This document shows, piece by piece, positions 49,505-60,351 of a stretch of DNA of 64,000 nucleotides; position 1 is the first letter of the stretch, and each line of letters starts with the position of its first letter. The position numbers and the translations under genes are program-made. Location of the stretch: positions 5,952,001 through 6,016,000 of the forward strand of contig JBHGNT010000012.1 of the NCBI GenBank assembly GCA_043228905.1, given 5' to 3'. Under the pieces are notes generated by a model. It did not search any database, was not told the DNA's origin, and worked only from the letters and a program-made list of their open reading frames with translations. The stretch is from Azolla caroliniana. Lineage: Eukaryota; Plantae; Polypodiophyta.

Positions 49505-50596
49505 AATGGTGCCTAATTGTCTTTCGATTGTACTTGAACTATAGCTGAACTGTTAGTGATGTCTGAACTTGAACTATTTGGTATACCAAAATACTTTCTA
49601 AATTGCTAATGTGAAATGATGTACTGACTCCAGTTCACTCATCTAGTGTTGTTAACGTAATGTGAAATTCTATATTGCTAATTGTAGAGAATGAGAATGT
49701 ATTCTATTGTTAATTGTCATGCAGCCATGATTGTGTTGAACTACAACTGAATTGTTACCAACGTACTGTCTAAATTTCCCCTGTGAAATGCTGTGAAGAT
49801 CAGATCACTCATCTAGTGTTGTAGTGCACATAGTCAGAGTCGAATAGAGACTTAACACAATAGGGATTAGACTATTGGTATTGATAGTTGAATAACTTTG
49901 GGCCATATTGATGCTACTAAGTATTGAAGACTTCACACCCTAAACCATAGAAGCAAGCAACTCTATAATTACCATGAACACTTACAAAATAAGCTCAATA
50001 AATACTCTAAACACTTTAGAAGAAAGACGAAATATATTGATTCATTTATCAATCATCAAAATTAATATATCAATACATCAAATAGTGAACTACAAGCAGA
50101 TGTTTTTCAGTTGCCAACTACAATGTATTAATAGGGTAACTTTCATGCATTAAACAGAGAGACCTCCCCTAATATGTGATCAGGAACCTCTTGGGGGACC
50201 TTGTAGACAATGTTGTATCCCTTAACCTTGTGCTTTGCTTGAGTCGTATTGAACTTGATCGCAAGAATGACAACAGTGTAGATTATTGCGATGGGTGCAT
50301 CTTTTAGTAATGCATATGTGTTCTTGCACTGCGGCAACTTTGCATAATAGTTTCCATACACGACAGACTCACCAACGTTAAACATGTTGCCCTAGCCATC
50401 CCTCACCACTTCTTTCAATAATGTATTTCCTTGCTTGCACATCACAATGTAGTAGTCTTCTAAAGCTTCATTCTGAGGAGATTTGAGCAACGCAAAACTG
50501 CCAAGTCTTGATGTTGGTTGTAGTATACAATATCGTTTGAATGTGCATCCTCTTCAATATCATCTTGTCGTTCAGGCTCAAGCTTCTGCAGCTTCC

Positions 50597-53500
50597 TGTT
50601 GGGATATCGGTCCCTCCGGATGGGATGTCCGGAGACGAATGACGGCAAGCCCGGTTACGGTTACGGAACCGGATGATGACCCGGCATGAAGCCGGATGAA
50701 GAAGACCCCGGTTACGGAGCCGGATGATGAAGACCCCGGTTACGGATGATGAATGTACCCGGAGCGAGATCCGGATGCGGGGACATATTTGTCAATATGT
50801 TTGCCAAGTGCCCTTGAGGCTATATTTGTAAATAGCCCGAAAGTCATATGTGTATAAATATGACTTAGGGCAAATAGTTTATGTTGTCGCTATTCATTTT
50901 TCCTGTTTTTCCACTCTAGAGGAGTGAAGAGAGAGCAGCCGTGAGAGAGAGAGAGAGATAGAGCGCGAGAGAGGAAGAGGACGACGCCTCTGTGTATTTC
51001 CGCCGCCTGTGGCGAGGATAGCGAGCTCAAGGTCGTCGCCTTGCAGCTCGCCATTGTATACCTTTCTGTGCATAGTGTTCGTTTGGAGTCTTGTACTCCC
51101 GTGGTTTTTCCCGTACAGGGTTTTCCACGATAAATCGTGTGTCCTCTCTAATCTTTGTATTTCCCATTTTCTGCTCCATTGATTCGTGATTACTCGGTTG
51201 TGGCCGAACTGGTGAAGGTTAATAGAAGGGTCGTTGCCCAACAATCTGGTATCAGAGCGAACTGCTGCAGAAAATGGAAGGCGGCGGCAGCGGGCAGCCG
51301 GGGATGATGGTGCTGAATGCACAAAATTACGCCGACTGGAAGATCAAGATGGAGGACCTTCTGATTGTTCGGGACCTGTACGAACCGATTGACAGGTCGG
51401 AAATACCGAAAGGGGTACTTGAGTCGGAGTGGAAGCTCCTGAACCGGAAAGCCGTAGCGACGATCCGACAATATGTCGATGTAAGCGTCCTACAACATGT
51501 GGCGAACGACACCAACGCATATGAGATGTGGAAGAAGCTGTCGGGCCTCTACGAGAGGAAGAACGCGTTGAACCGGACCTCCCTGATGAGGAAGATAGTG
51601 AACCTCAAGTACCGGGACGGCGAGAGTATGGTCGAACACGTAAGCACGTTCATGGGATTCGTGAATCAGCTTGCGGCGATCAAGTTCCCGTTGGAGGATG
51701 CAATGCAAGCCATCATTCTGATGTGTACATTGCCGGATAGTTGGGAGAACTTGGTGGTGACCCTCAGCACCTCCTGCACCGAAGATAACTTGTCTCTACA
51801 AACAGTAAAGACAAGTATCTTGAACGAAGAAGCCCGTCGGAGAGATAAAGAACCGGCCTCCGACACGAAGGCGCTGCTTACCGAATCGGATCGGGGAAGA
51901 CAATGGAACCGGAGTCCGCAAAGACGGGAGAAGTCGGGGACCCGGTCGCAGTCAAGAGGAAGGCCCACATGCTTCCACTGTGGGAAGCCGGGGCACTTCC
52001 GAAAGAATTGTCGGCATTACCGTAAGGACAACGGAGCCGACGACACCGATTCGAAGAAGTCACCGGAGAGAAACGGTGCATACCGGGGAGCCACGGACCG
52101 GAGAGGTCCGGATCGGCGAGGGCAGGACCGGAAAGGAACGACGGCACTCGCGGCAAGTGAAGAAGAGATAATGCTCATTACCGAAGAGAGGGAGCTGAAC
52201 CTTGCCGGAGAAGAGATGACCTGGGTGGTCGATTCCGGAGCGTCGTTCCACCTGACCCCGGAGAAGAAATACTTCTCATCCTACACAGCCGGTGAGCATG
52301 GCTGTGTCCGGATGGGAAATGAAGGTACGTGCCGGATTGCCGGCATAGGAGACGTGTGGCTGATGACATCAACCGGATGTAAAATGCTGCTGAAGGATGT
52401 CCGACACGTTCCGGAGGTTCGACTGAATCTGATTTCGGCCGGGAGGCTAGACGATGAAGGCTACACAGGTAGCATCCGGAACGGTGTCATGAAGTTCAGC
52501 AAAGGGAGCCTGATAGTGGCTCGGGCCCGGAAGATCAACACACTGTACCTGATGAATTCCCGGCTATGTCCGGAGGAGCTGAATGTGGCAGCCGACACTG
52601 CCGGTGAGCTGTGGCACAAGAGACTGTGCCACATGAGTGAGAAGGGGATGAAGAGGCTTGCAGATGACAACCTCATTCCAGTGAAGCACGTGCACCTGGA
52701 GAAGTGCACCGATTGCCTGGCCGGTAAGCAGAACCGAACCTCCTTCCACTCAAGGCCACCGACGAGACGTAGCGCACCATTGGAGTTGGTGCACACTGAT
52801 GTGTGTCAGGTAGAAACGAAGTCACATGGCGGAGCCCAGTACTTCGTAACATTCATTGATGACCATAGCCGGAAGCTGTGGACGGCACCGCTGAAGACAA
52901 AGGACCAAGTGTTGTCCGTCTTCAAAGAACTCCACGCGAGAGTGGAAAGGGAATCCGGCAAGAAGCTGAAAGCGATACGAGCGGATAACGGAGGGGAATA
53001 CCGGGGGCAGTTTCAGGAGTACTGTCGCTCGAAGGGAATCCGACTCGAGTTTACTGTGCCGAAGACGCCGGAACTGAACGGGCTGGCCGAGAGGATGAAC
53101 CGGACCATAATGGAGAGGGTCCGGAGTATGCTGGCGCATGCGAAATTACCCAAGGGATTTTGGGCTGAGGCAATGTCGACTGCGACATATGTGATAAACA
53201 GATCACCCTCAGTACCTTTGGACGGAGACACGCCGCAGAAAGTGTGGACCGGTAAGGAAGTGTCCTACCGGCATCTGAAGGTGTTCGGGTGTCTCGCATA
53301 CGTGCATGTGGCAAAGGACCGGAGAGGAAAGCTAGATCCAAAGACCCGGCCATGCATATTCCTCGGTTACGGCGATGACGAGTTCGGCTACCGAGTATGG
53401 GACCCGGTCGACAAGAAGATATTCAGGAGTCGAGACATCATCTTCATGGAGAATAAGACACTCGCCGACTGGGAGTCGGAGAAGAAGATGAAGAGCTCCA

Positions 53501-56007
53501 AGTCGACCGGTGAGGATCAACTCTACGAGGAGCAGTCCCGACCGGCAAGGGGCCGGTTAGCACTCGAGGATCCGGCCGAAGACGGTGAAGAAACAGAACC
53601 GGCCGAAGAAGATGAAAACGATACCGGAACCGGCCCCGATCCCGAACTGGATTCGGATGAAGAAGAAGAATCGGAAGAACCGGTTACCGAAGCTCCTGAA
53701 CGGAGATACCCTCTAAGAGAGAGAAGGGCCCCCCGGAGATTTCCGGAACCAGAGCACGTGCTGCTAACCGACGAGGGGGAGCCGGAGAGCTTTGAAGAAG
53801 CGAAACATGACACCCAGAGCCGCAGGTGGTTGAGTGCCATGCAGGACGAGATGGATTCCCTGCATGAGAACCACACATATGAACTTGTGGAGTTGCCGAA
53901 AGGAAAGCGGGCACTTCGAAACAAGTGGGTGTTCAAGCTGAAACCGGGAGATGCCGGAAACCCCCCGAGATACAAAGCCAGGATCGTGGTGAAGGGGTTT
54001 CAGCAGAAGAAGGGCGTCGACTTCGATGAGATATTTGCCCCGGTAGTGAAGATGACCTCCATCCGGACGGTGCTAAGCATAGCGGCAAGCATGGACCTCG
54101 AGGTAGAACAGATGGACGTGAAGACGGCATTCCTTCACGGTGACCTCGAAGAAGAGATCTACATGCAGCAACCGGAAGGATTCGAGAAGAAAGGGAAGGA
54201 GCACCTGGTATGCCGGTTAAAGAAGAGCCTTTACGGACTGAAGCAGGCTCCCCGGCAATGGTACCGGAAGTTCGACTCCTTCATGACCGACGAAGGGTAC
54301 CTCAAAACGCAGTCCGACCACTGCGTGTTTGTGAAGAAGTTCGAAGGAGGAGACTTTCTAATACTCCTCCTGTATGTGGACGACATGTTGATCGTCGGAC
54401 GGGACCAGGCCAAGATACGGATGCTGAAGAAGGCTCTTCACCGAACCTTCTCAATGAAGGACCTGGGTCCGGCGAGGCAAATACTAGGGATGCACATCAT
54501 CCGAGACCGGAGCAAGAAGCAGTTGTGGCTGTCACAGGAGAAGTACGTGACAAAGGTGCTTAAACGGTTCAACATGTCGGAAGCAAGACCAGTCGGATCG
54601 ACCCTCCCGGCAAACTGCAAGCTGTCCAGCAAGCAAAGTCCCAAGACAAAGGCTGAAAAGGAGGATATGATGAAAGTGCCGTATGCCTCAGCCGTCGGGA
54701 GCTTGATGTACGCCATGGTGTGTACGAGACCGGACATCGGATATGCAGTCGGAGTGGTGAGCCGGTACATGAGCAATCCCGGCAAAGAACACTGGATCGC
54801 GGCCAAGTGGATACTCCGATACCTGAAGGGCACGGCGAACGTGTGCCTCCGATTCGGCTCCGGTAAGCCCGAACTCGACGGTTTCACCGATTCGGATATG
54901 TCGGCTGATGCAGATACCAGCCGGTCCACATCAGGGTATGTGATGACGTATGCAGGGGGAGCCGTTTCGTGGCAGTCAAGGCTGCAGAAGACGGTTGCGT
55001 TGTCAACCACGGAGGCGGAGTACATGGCGGCTGTTGAAGCCGGCAAGGAAATAATATGGATGAAGGACTTCATTAGAGAGCTCGGTATCCGGCAGGAGGA
55101 GTACCGACTCTACTGCGACAGTCAGAGTGCCATCCACCTTGCGAAGAACGCGGCCTACCATTCCCGGACGAAACACATCCAGCGTAGATACCATTGGATC
55201 CGGGAAAGGATAGAAGATAAGGAGTTCGTGCTGACAAAGATCCACACGGACGAGAACGGGTCAGATATGCTGACCAAAGTACTCACACCCGACAAGCTGG
55301 AAGCATGCCGGAGGAGGATCGGATTGGAGAGACATCCCATGCCGAAGTGAAGGGGGAGTTTGTTGGGATATCGGTCCCTCCGGATGGGATGTCCGGAGAC
55401 GAATGACGGCAAGCCCGGTTACGGTTACGGAACCGGATGATGACCCGGCATGAAGCCGGATGAAGAAGACCCCGGTTACGGAGCCGGATGATGAAGACCC
55501 CGGTTACGGATGATGAATGTACCCGGAGCGAGATCCGGATGCGGGGACATATTTGTCAATATGTTTGCCAAGTGCCCTTGAGGCTATATTTGTAAATAGC
55601 CCGAAAGTCATATGTGTATAAATATGACTTAGGGCAAATAGTTTATGTTGTCGCTATTCATTTTTCCTGTTTTTCCTCTCTAGAGGAGTGAAGAGAGAGC
55701 AGCCGTGAGAGAGAGAGAGAGATAGAGCGCGAGAGAGGAAGAGGACGACGCCTCTGTGTATTTCCGCCGCCTGTGGCGAGGATAGCGAGCTCAAGGTCGT
55801 CGCCTTGCAGCTCGCCATTGTATACCTTTCTGTGCATAGTGTTCGTTTGGAGTCTTGTACTCCCGTGGTTTTTCCCGTACAGGGTTTTCCACGATAAATC
55901 GTGTGTCCTCTCTAATCTTTGTATTTCCCATTTTCTGCTCCATTGATTCGTGATTACTCGGTTGTGGCCGAACTGGTGAAGGTTAATAGAAGGGTCGTTG
56001 CCCAACA
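50597..56007 (+). mobile_element. Intact young Ty1/copia (Tnt1/Tork-like); LTRs 50597-51243 and 55361-56007
   Basis: 647-bp LTRs with one difference seen, perfect TSD CTTCC, PBS TGGTATCAGAGC 51247-51258, PPT AAGGGGGAG before 55361. Confidence 0.98.
51274..55350 (+). CDS. Complete copia Gag-Pol polyprotein (1358 aa)
   Basis: CFHCGKPGHFRKNC, WVVDSGASFH, LWHKRLCH..C..C, VHTD/ADNGGEY/AERMNR (DDE), LYVDDML, FTDSD, HSRTKHI. Confidence 0.97.
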   Translation: MEGGGSGQPGMMVLNAQNYADWKIKMEDLLIVRDLYEPIDRSEIPKGVLESEWKLLNRKAVATIRQYVDVSVLQHVANDTNAYEMWKKLSGLYERKNALNRTSLMRKIVNLKYRDGESMVEHVSTFMGFVNQLAAIKFPLEDAMQAIILMCTLPDSWENLVVTLSTSCTEDNLSLQTVKTSILNEEARRRDKEPASDTKALLTESDRGRQWNRSPQRREKSGTRSQSRGRPTCFHCGKPGHFRKNCRHYRKDNGADDTDSKKSPERNGAYRGATDRRGPDRRGQDRKGTTALAASEEEIMLITEERELNLAGEEMTWVVDSGASFHLTPEKKYFSSYTAGEHGCVRMGNEGTCRIAGIGDVWLMTSTGCKMLLKDVRHVPEVRLNLISAGRLDDEGYTGSIRNGVMKFSKGSLIVARARKINTLYLMNSRLCPEELNVAADTAGELWHKRLCHMSEKGMKRLADDNLIPVKHVHLEKCTDCLAGKQNRTSFHSRPPTRRSAPLELVHTDVCQVETKSHGGAQYFVTFIDDHSRKLWTAPLKTKDQVLSVFKELHARVERESGKKLKAIRADNGGEYRGQFQEYCRSKGIRLEFTVPKTPELNGLAERMNRTIMERVRSMLAHAKLPKGFWAEAMSTATYVINRSPSVPLDGDTPQKVWTGKEVSYRHLKVFGCLAYVHVAKDRRGKLDPKTRPCIFLGYGDDEFGYRVWDPVDKKIFRSRDIIFMENKTLADWESEKKMKSSKSTGEDQLYEEQSRPARGRLALEDPAEDGEETEPAEEDENDTGTGPDPELDSDEEEESEEPVTEAPERRYPLRERRAPRRFPEPEHVLLTDEGEPESFEEAKHDTQSRRWLSAMQDEMDSLHENHTYELVELPKGKRALRNKWVFKLKPGDAGNPPRYKARIVVKGFQQKKGVDFDEIFAPVVKMTSIRTVLSIAASMDLEVEQMDVKTAFLHGDLEEEIYMQQPEGFEKKGKEHLVCRLKKSLYGLKQAPRQWYRKFDSFMTDEGYLKTQSDHCVFVKKFEGGDFLILLLYVDDMLIVGRDQAKIRMLKKALHRTFSMKDLGPARQILGMHIIRDRSKKQLWLSQEKYVTKVLKRFNMSEARPVGSTLPANCKLSSKQSPKTKAEKEDMMKVPYASAVGSLMYAMVCTRPDIGYAVGVVSRYMSNPGKEHWIAAKWILRYLKGTANVCLRFGSGKPELDGFTDSDMSADADTSRSTSGYVMTYAGGAVSWQSRLQKTVALSTTEAEYMAAVEAGKEIIWMKDFIRELGIRQEEYRLYCDSQSAIHLAKNAAYHSRTKHIQRRYHWIRERIEDKEFVLTKIHTDENGSDMLTKVLTPDKLEACRRRIGLERHPMPK

Positions 56008-56449
56008 CTTCCAGGGCTCCACGATTGATAGGTTGATGTATTTATCCCAAGCTTTATCTATACACATGGAACAAAAGCATGATAAAGTACGGAGTAACAA
56101 TTGTGTTGTGTCCTTGTGGCTAAACCCTAATACACAATGGGTGCTGCGTGTGCCTTTCACGGTTTTACAACCATATGATTTAGTTCTATCGACCTCATCA
56201 ACGCGAACCTCAACAAACAATCTATTCTTACCATCATTTGACATCTTCCATGTTAGCCACTCCACAACATCATGTGCATTTTGTAACTTAGCACCATTAT
56301 TATCCAACTGCTCACTTGTAAGGGCACGTTTGATCACAACCCCTCGCGCCATCATGCTCTCCTTTTCCATGTCCAGACCTGAAGTAGTTCCATTGCATAT
56401 GAATGTTGAATAAGGAGAAGTACCTGATTTGTATCCCAGGTTTCCAACA

Positions 56450-57470
56450 AACATTAGTACTATGTTGTCAATCGAGAGTACTATACATCCATTAATACTG
56501 ATTTAGTACAAATACAAAACAAAGCATAGCACAATGTATCCATGGAGAACACTCTACACTGATTAAAAGATAAATAGTACTATGTTGTCAACCAACCGTA
56601 CTTACCATCCATTAATACTAACTTAGTACGGATACAACACAAAGCATAGTACAATGTGTTCATGGAAAACACTCTACATGTATTAAAAGTTAATTAGTAC
56701 AAACTCTTCAATATTGGACAATACTATGTTGCTGACGACGAGTACTTTACATCCATTAATACTGATTTAGTATAGATAAAACACAAAGTACAGTACAATG
56801 TGTCCATGGAGAACACAACATGGATTAAAAGATAATTAGTACAAACTCTTCAATATAGGACAATACTATGAGTACAAGACATGTACTTTACATCCTTCAA
56901 TAAATACTGATTTAGTACAGATACAACACATAGTACAATACAGTGTGTCCATGGAGAACACTCAACATGGATTAAAAGATAATTAGTACAAACTCTTAAG
57001 GACGGACAATACTATGAGTACAAGAGGAGTACTTTACATCCTTCAATAAATACTGATTTAGTATAGATACAACACACAATACAATACAATGTGTCCATGG
57101 AGAGCACTCAACATGGACTAAAAGATAATTAGTACAAACTCTTAAGAACGGCTAATACTATGAGTACAAGACGAGTACTTTACATCCTTCAATAAATACT
57201 GATTTAGTACAGATACAACACACAACACAGTACAATGTGTCTATGGAGAACACTTCACATGGATTAAAAGATAATAAACACAGATTCACGTGACAGGATG
57301 GTACTATGTGATCAATCAAGAACACTTAACATAGTTACAAACATAATTAGTATGCATGCATCCATTTGAATAGTACTGTGTTTGAATAGTTACAAACATA
57401 ATTAGTATGCATGCACTAACACAAGAATTACTTTCTTAGACATTGCATTATAAGTACTAAACATATGGAT
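56450..57470. repeat. ~120-147-bp tandem repeat (~6 copies, AGTAC-rich) filling an S2 transposase intron
   Basis: TAATTAGTACAAACTCTT at 56691, 56833, 56980, 57126; minus-strand donor at ~57480 after RSFNFITR. Confidence 0.9.
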
Positions 57471-59319
57471 TAAAAATTACCTAGTGATAAAGTTAAACGA
57501 TCGTGCCGCCTTAAACTGCGAGGCAACACCATCAGACCAAACCCAATGACGGTTAAAGCTAAACCCCAGAGACAATAAATCTGCATGGTGAAGCTTAAAA
57601 CAATGTTGAACAAATAGTGTATCATGCTTTTTATCATCTGAAATGTAAAATATTGATTTCTTATGTAACTCACCGTCTTGTCTCCAATAGCAAATATGTA
57701 CAAGTATTGTACATTGATCATTGTACCAATGTATTGATTGAACCTCATTTTGAACTTTAAATGTATAGTTTTCTGCAAAGTCAATAACGGATACGATGAC
57801 ACCCGTTGGTAAGTTATTAATACATTCCTTGTACTGTGAATTTTGCCAATAACTCCAGAAGTTATGTGGAATGAACTCCCCAAGTTGTTTCTTAAATTCT
57901 GAGACAAGGGTAGCAACACATGTCTCCTTATATACTTCCTTGATACGCTTAGTTACAAGTCCCTTGCCAATATTTTCAGTCACATACTCTAAATATTTCC
58001 ATTTCACAATGACTGTTTCCCAAATCAAGCTCCTGCCTACAAAATAATGGTAGCGGACAAACATTACATGTTCTTAAAAGACATGTACGACGATGCCACT
58101 CACATGATGGTTCTTTTTCACAAACACAAGTCCTCCATAACTCAGAAATGGATGCATAAGTCATGTTTCGTGCATTACAATTATTATCCTCCCCATTTGG
58201 TCTACAAACCTCACAAGTGCAGACACATAATTCCCAGTGTATACCCTTAGAATCAGTACGCATTGCATTCACTCCAAGCCTAAACATGTCCATCTTCGCG
58301 TGGTACACACAACAACATAATATGGTTTCAAACCTTCAAACTTGCGGAATCCAACAATCAAGCTTGGATGTTGGTCTTTATAGTTCATGTACCATTCAGC
58401 CTACATCAACCAACATATATAGCAAACATTAATATACACTTGGTCAAAACAAAAATTTATGGAATGTGAATTGATATAAAAAAATGGAATACCTCCGTCA
58501 TCTCCAAGAAGTGTCTAGGGTGAATCTAGTACTTACCCTGACTTATTCGTTGTCTACACACGTTCTTCTTATTTGGTGAGACACGCGTATTTTTTGCCCA
58601 AAATGAATCCACTTTCTCAATAATCTCTTGAGATAAGGCATCGCATCGTCGTCTACGTCCCAACCCCAGCCACTTGAATTGGCTTGAGTGTATATTTTGG
58701 CAAGGTTTCCTCAAGTTCCTTCTTTTAATATCCAGGGATAAGGCAACTTTAGTATCACTTTTTTTTCTCTTGCACCATTCACAACCATGTGTAGGGTTGC
58801 CCTCTTTGCAGCAAGTTTGTTTATGCTCTCTACACCTTTCACTAAGTCTAGGGATGACTTCATAGACTCTACAATCTCTTCTGAAACACATTGGTCCCTA
58901 AATTTTATTCTCCCCATGTCTTCATTCAAACGTTGATGGTGTAACACTCTATGTATATAATATCCCTACGATCCTCTTCACTAAATCTCTTCATTATTTC
59001 TACCAAATAACGGACTATGTGAAGAACCACTCGTCTCTTGGTCCTTGATATACATGAGTTACTTGACAACTCACTCTCATTGGGGATCCCCATTTGGTCA
59101 CTAGATTTATCCAAAAAAATTAAGTGTCTTGTGAGAGTAGTTAATGTTATATAGACTACACTAAGAAATCACAGTCAAATGTTTTTAAATGTGGCTTGCA
59201 AGGTGAGAAATAATTCGTTTCGGACATTATAATTACGGATCAAAGATGACAATTATCATTTCTTTATTCACAAATTTCTAAAAATGAAAAAATTTAGTAT
59301 TGAAAATGAAAAAATAGAT

Positions 59320-59470
59320 GGAAGGAACCTCCAATGGTGGAGGGAGCGTTGAATCTGTGTGATATGTCGCCTCGATTTGGTGGAAGGAACCTCCAATGGT
59401 GGAGGGAGCCTTGAATATGTGTGATATGCCACCTCGATTCAGTGGAAGGATCCTCGCCTTGGTGGAAAAA
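59320..59470. repeat. ~62-bp tandem repeat (2-3 copies) upstream of the S2 transposase
   Basis: GGAAGGAACCTCCAATGGTGGAGGGAGC.TTGAAT.TGTGTGATATG repeated. Confidence 0.75.
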
Positions 59471-60351
59471 GCCTCAAATCACCGTGAGATAAACTGCAAT
59501 CGGTGGAAGAAGTAAGAAAATCGTTCTCGAAGAAGTCACTATTGGCTGTTCTAAGAGGCCTCAGAGCAGTCTCTAGTCCTCAACTCAAACCCTAAAATAG
59601 AAACCCTAACAAAACTAGAAATCCTCAACTCAAAACCAGAAACCTGACATGGATGTCTGAGATATGCTCCCTAAACCCTAACAAACCTCTTAGATTGGAG
59701 GAAAACCAGAAACCTAACATGGATGTCTAAGATGAAGAGCTCAGAGGGATAGAGGAAGGGGAGTAAGAGGAGTTGGTTTGAGGGGAAGCACCAAAAACGA
59801 CGTGAGGGGAAAATAGCCCCCAAAATGGAAAGAACATCTCCTCACGCGTTCCCCCCACTCCTTGTCTTAAATGACACTTGTACTACAGTCACCCCACTCC
59901 CCAAAATCGTTTTTTTTTTCTCTGATTTTTTTCTCAATTATTTAGTACTAACAGTATCGAAAGGACTGGCATTTTTTGTGGCCAAAAACAGTACTTTTCT
60001 AGTACACCATAGCGTGCTTCCATCCACTAGCACCACATGGACAATCATCATGTTCGCCACTAGTGCGAAGGTCTCATCATAGTCGATGTCATGGATCTGT
60101 GTGTATCCCTTGGCCACCAATCGGGCCTTATATCGGTTGACTAAAATATCGGTGTTGTACTTCACTTTGTACACCCATCTACATTCAATCAGTTTGCAAT
60201 GTCAGGGAGGGTCAACCAGGTCTCATGTCTTGTTGGCAGCTAGTGCATGCATTTCTTCCTCCATGGCTAATTGCCATCGGACATCCTATGATGCCTCCAC
60301 ATAGATCTCCAGCTATCGGACTTCAGCCACTTTCTTCATGTACGCGTAATG

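Larger units (their letters stand above)
50143..59100 (-). pseudogene. S2 transposase (pieces ~58491-59100, 57481-58400, 56013-56420, 50143-50591), frameshifted and interrupted by copia
   Basis: FWAKNTRVSPNKK, VIDFAENYTFKVQNEVQSIHW, SDDKKHDTLFVQHCF, WVWSDGVASQFK, VIKRALTSEQL, SCFCSMC, GNYYAKL; all collinear with S1. Confidence 0.9.
42488..60025. mobile_element. Second Sola2-like cargo DNA transposon (element S2), decayed, ~10.5 kb without nested inserts
   Basis: Imperfect 24-bp TIRs GGGTCGAAGCATGCTACGGTGTAC / GGATGGAAGCACGCTATGGTGTAC, perfect 4-bp TSD ACTA (42484-87, 60026-29); transposase and RING cargo homologous to S1. Confidence 0.88.
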
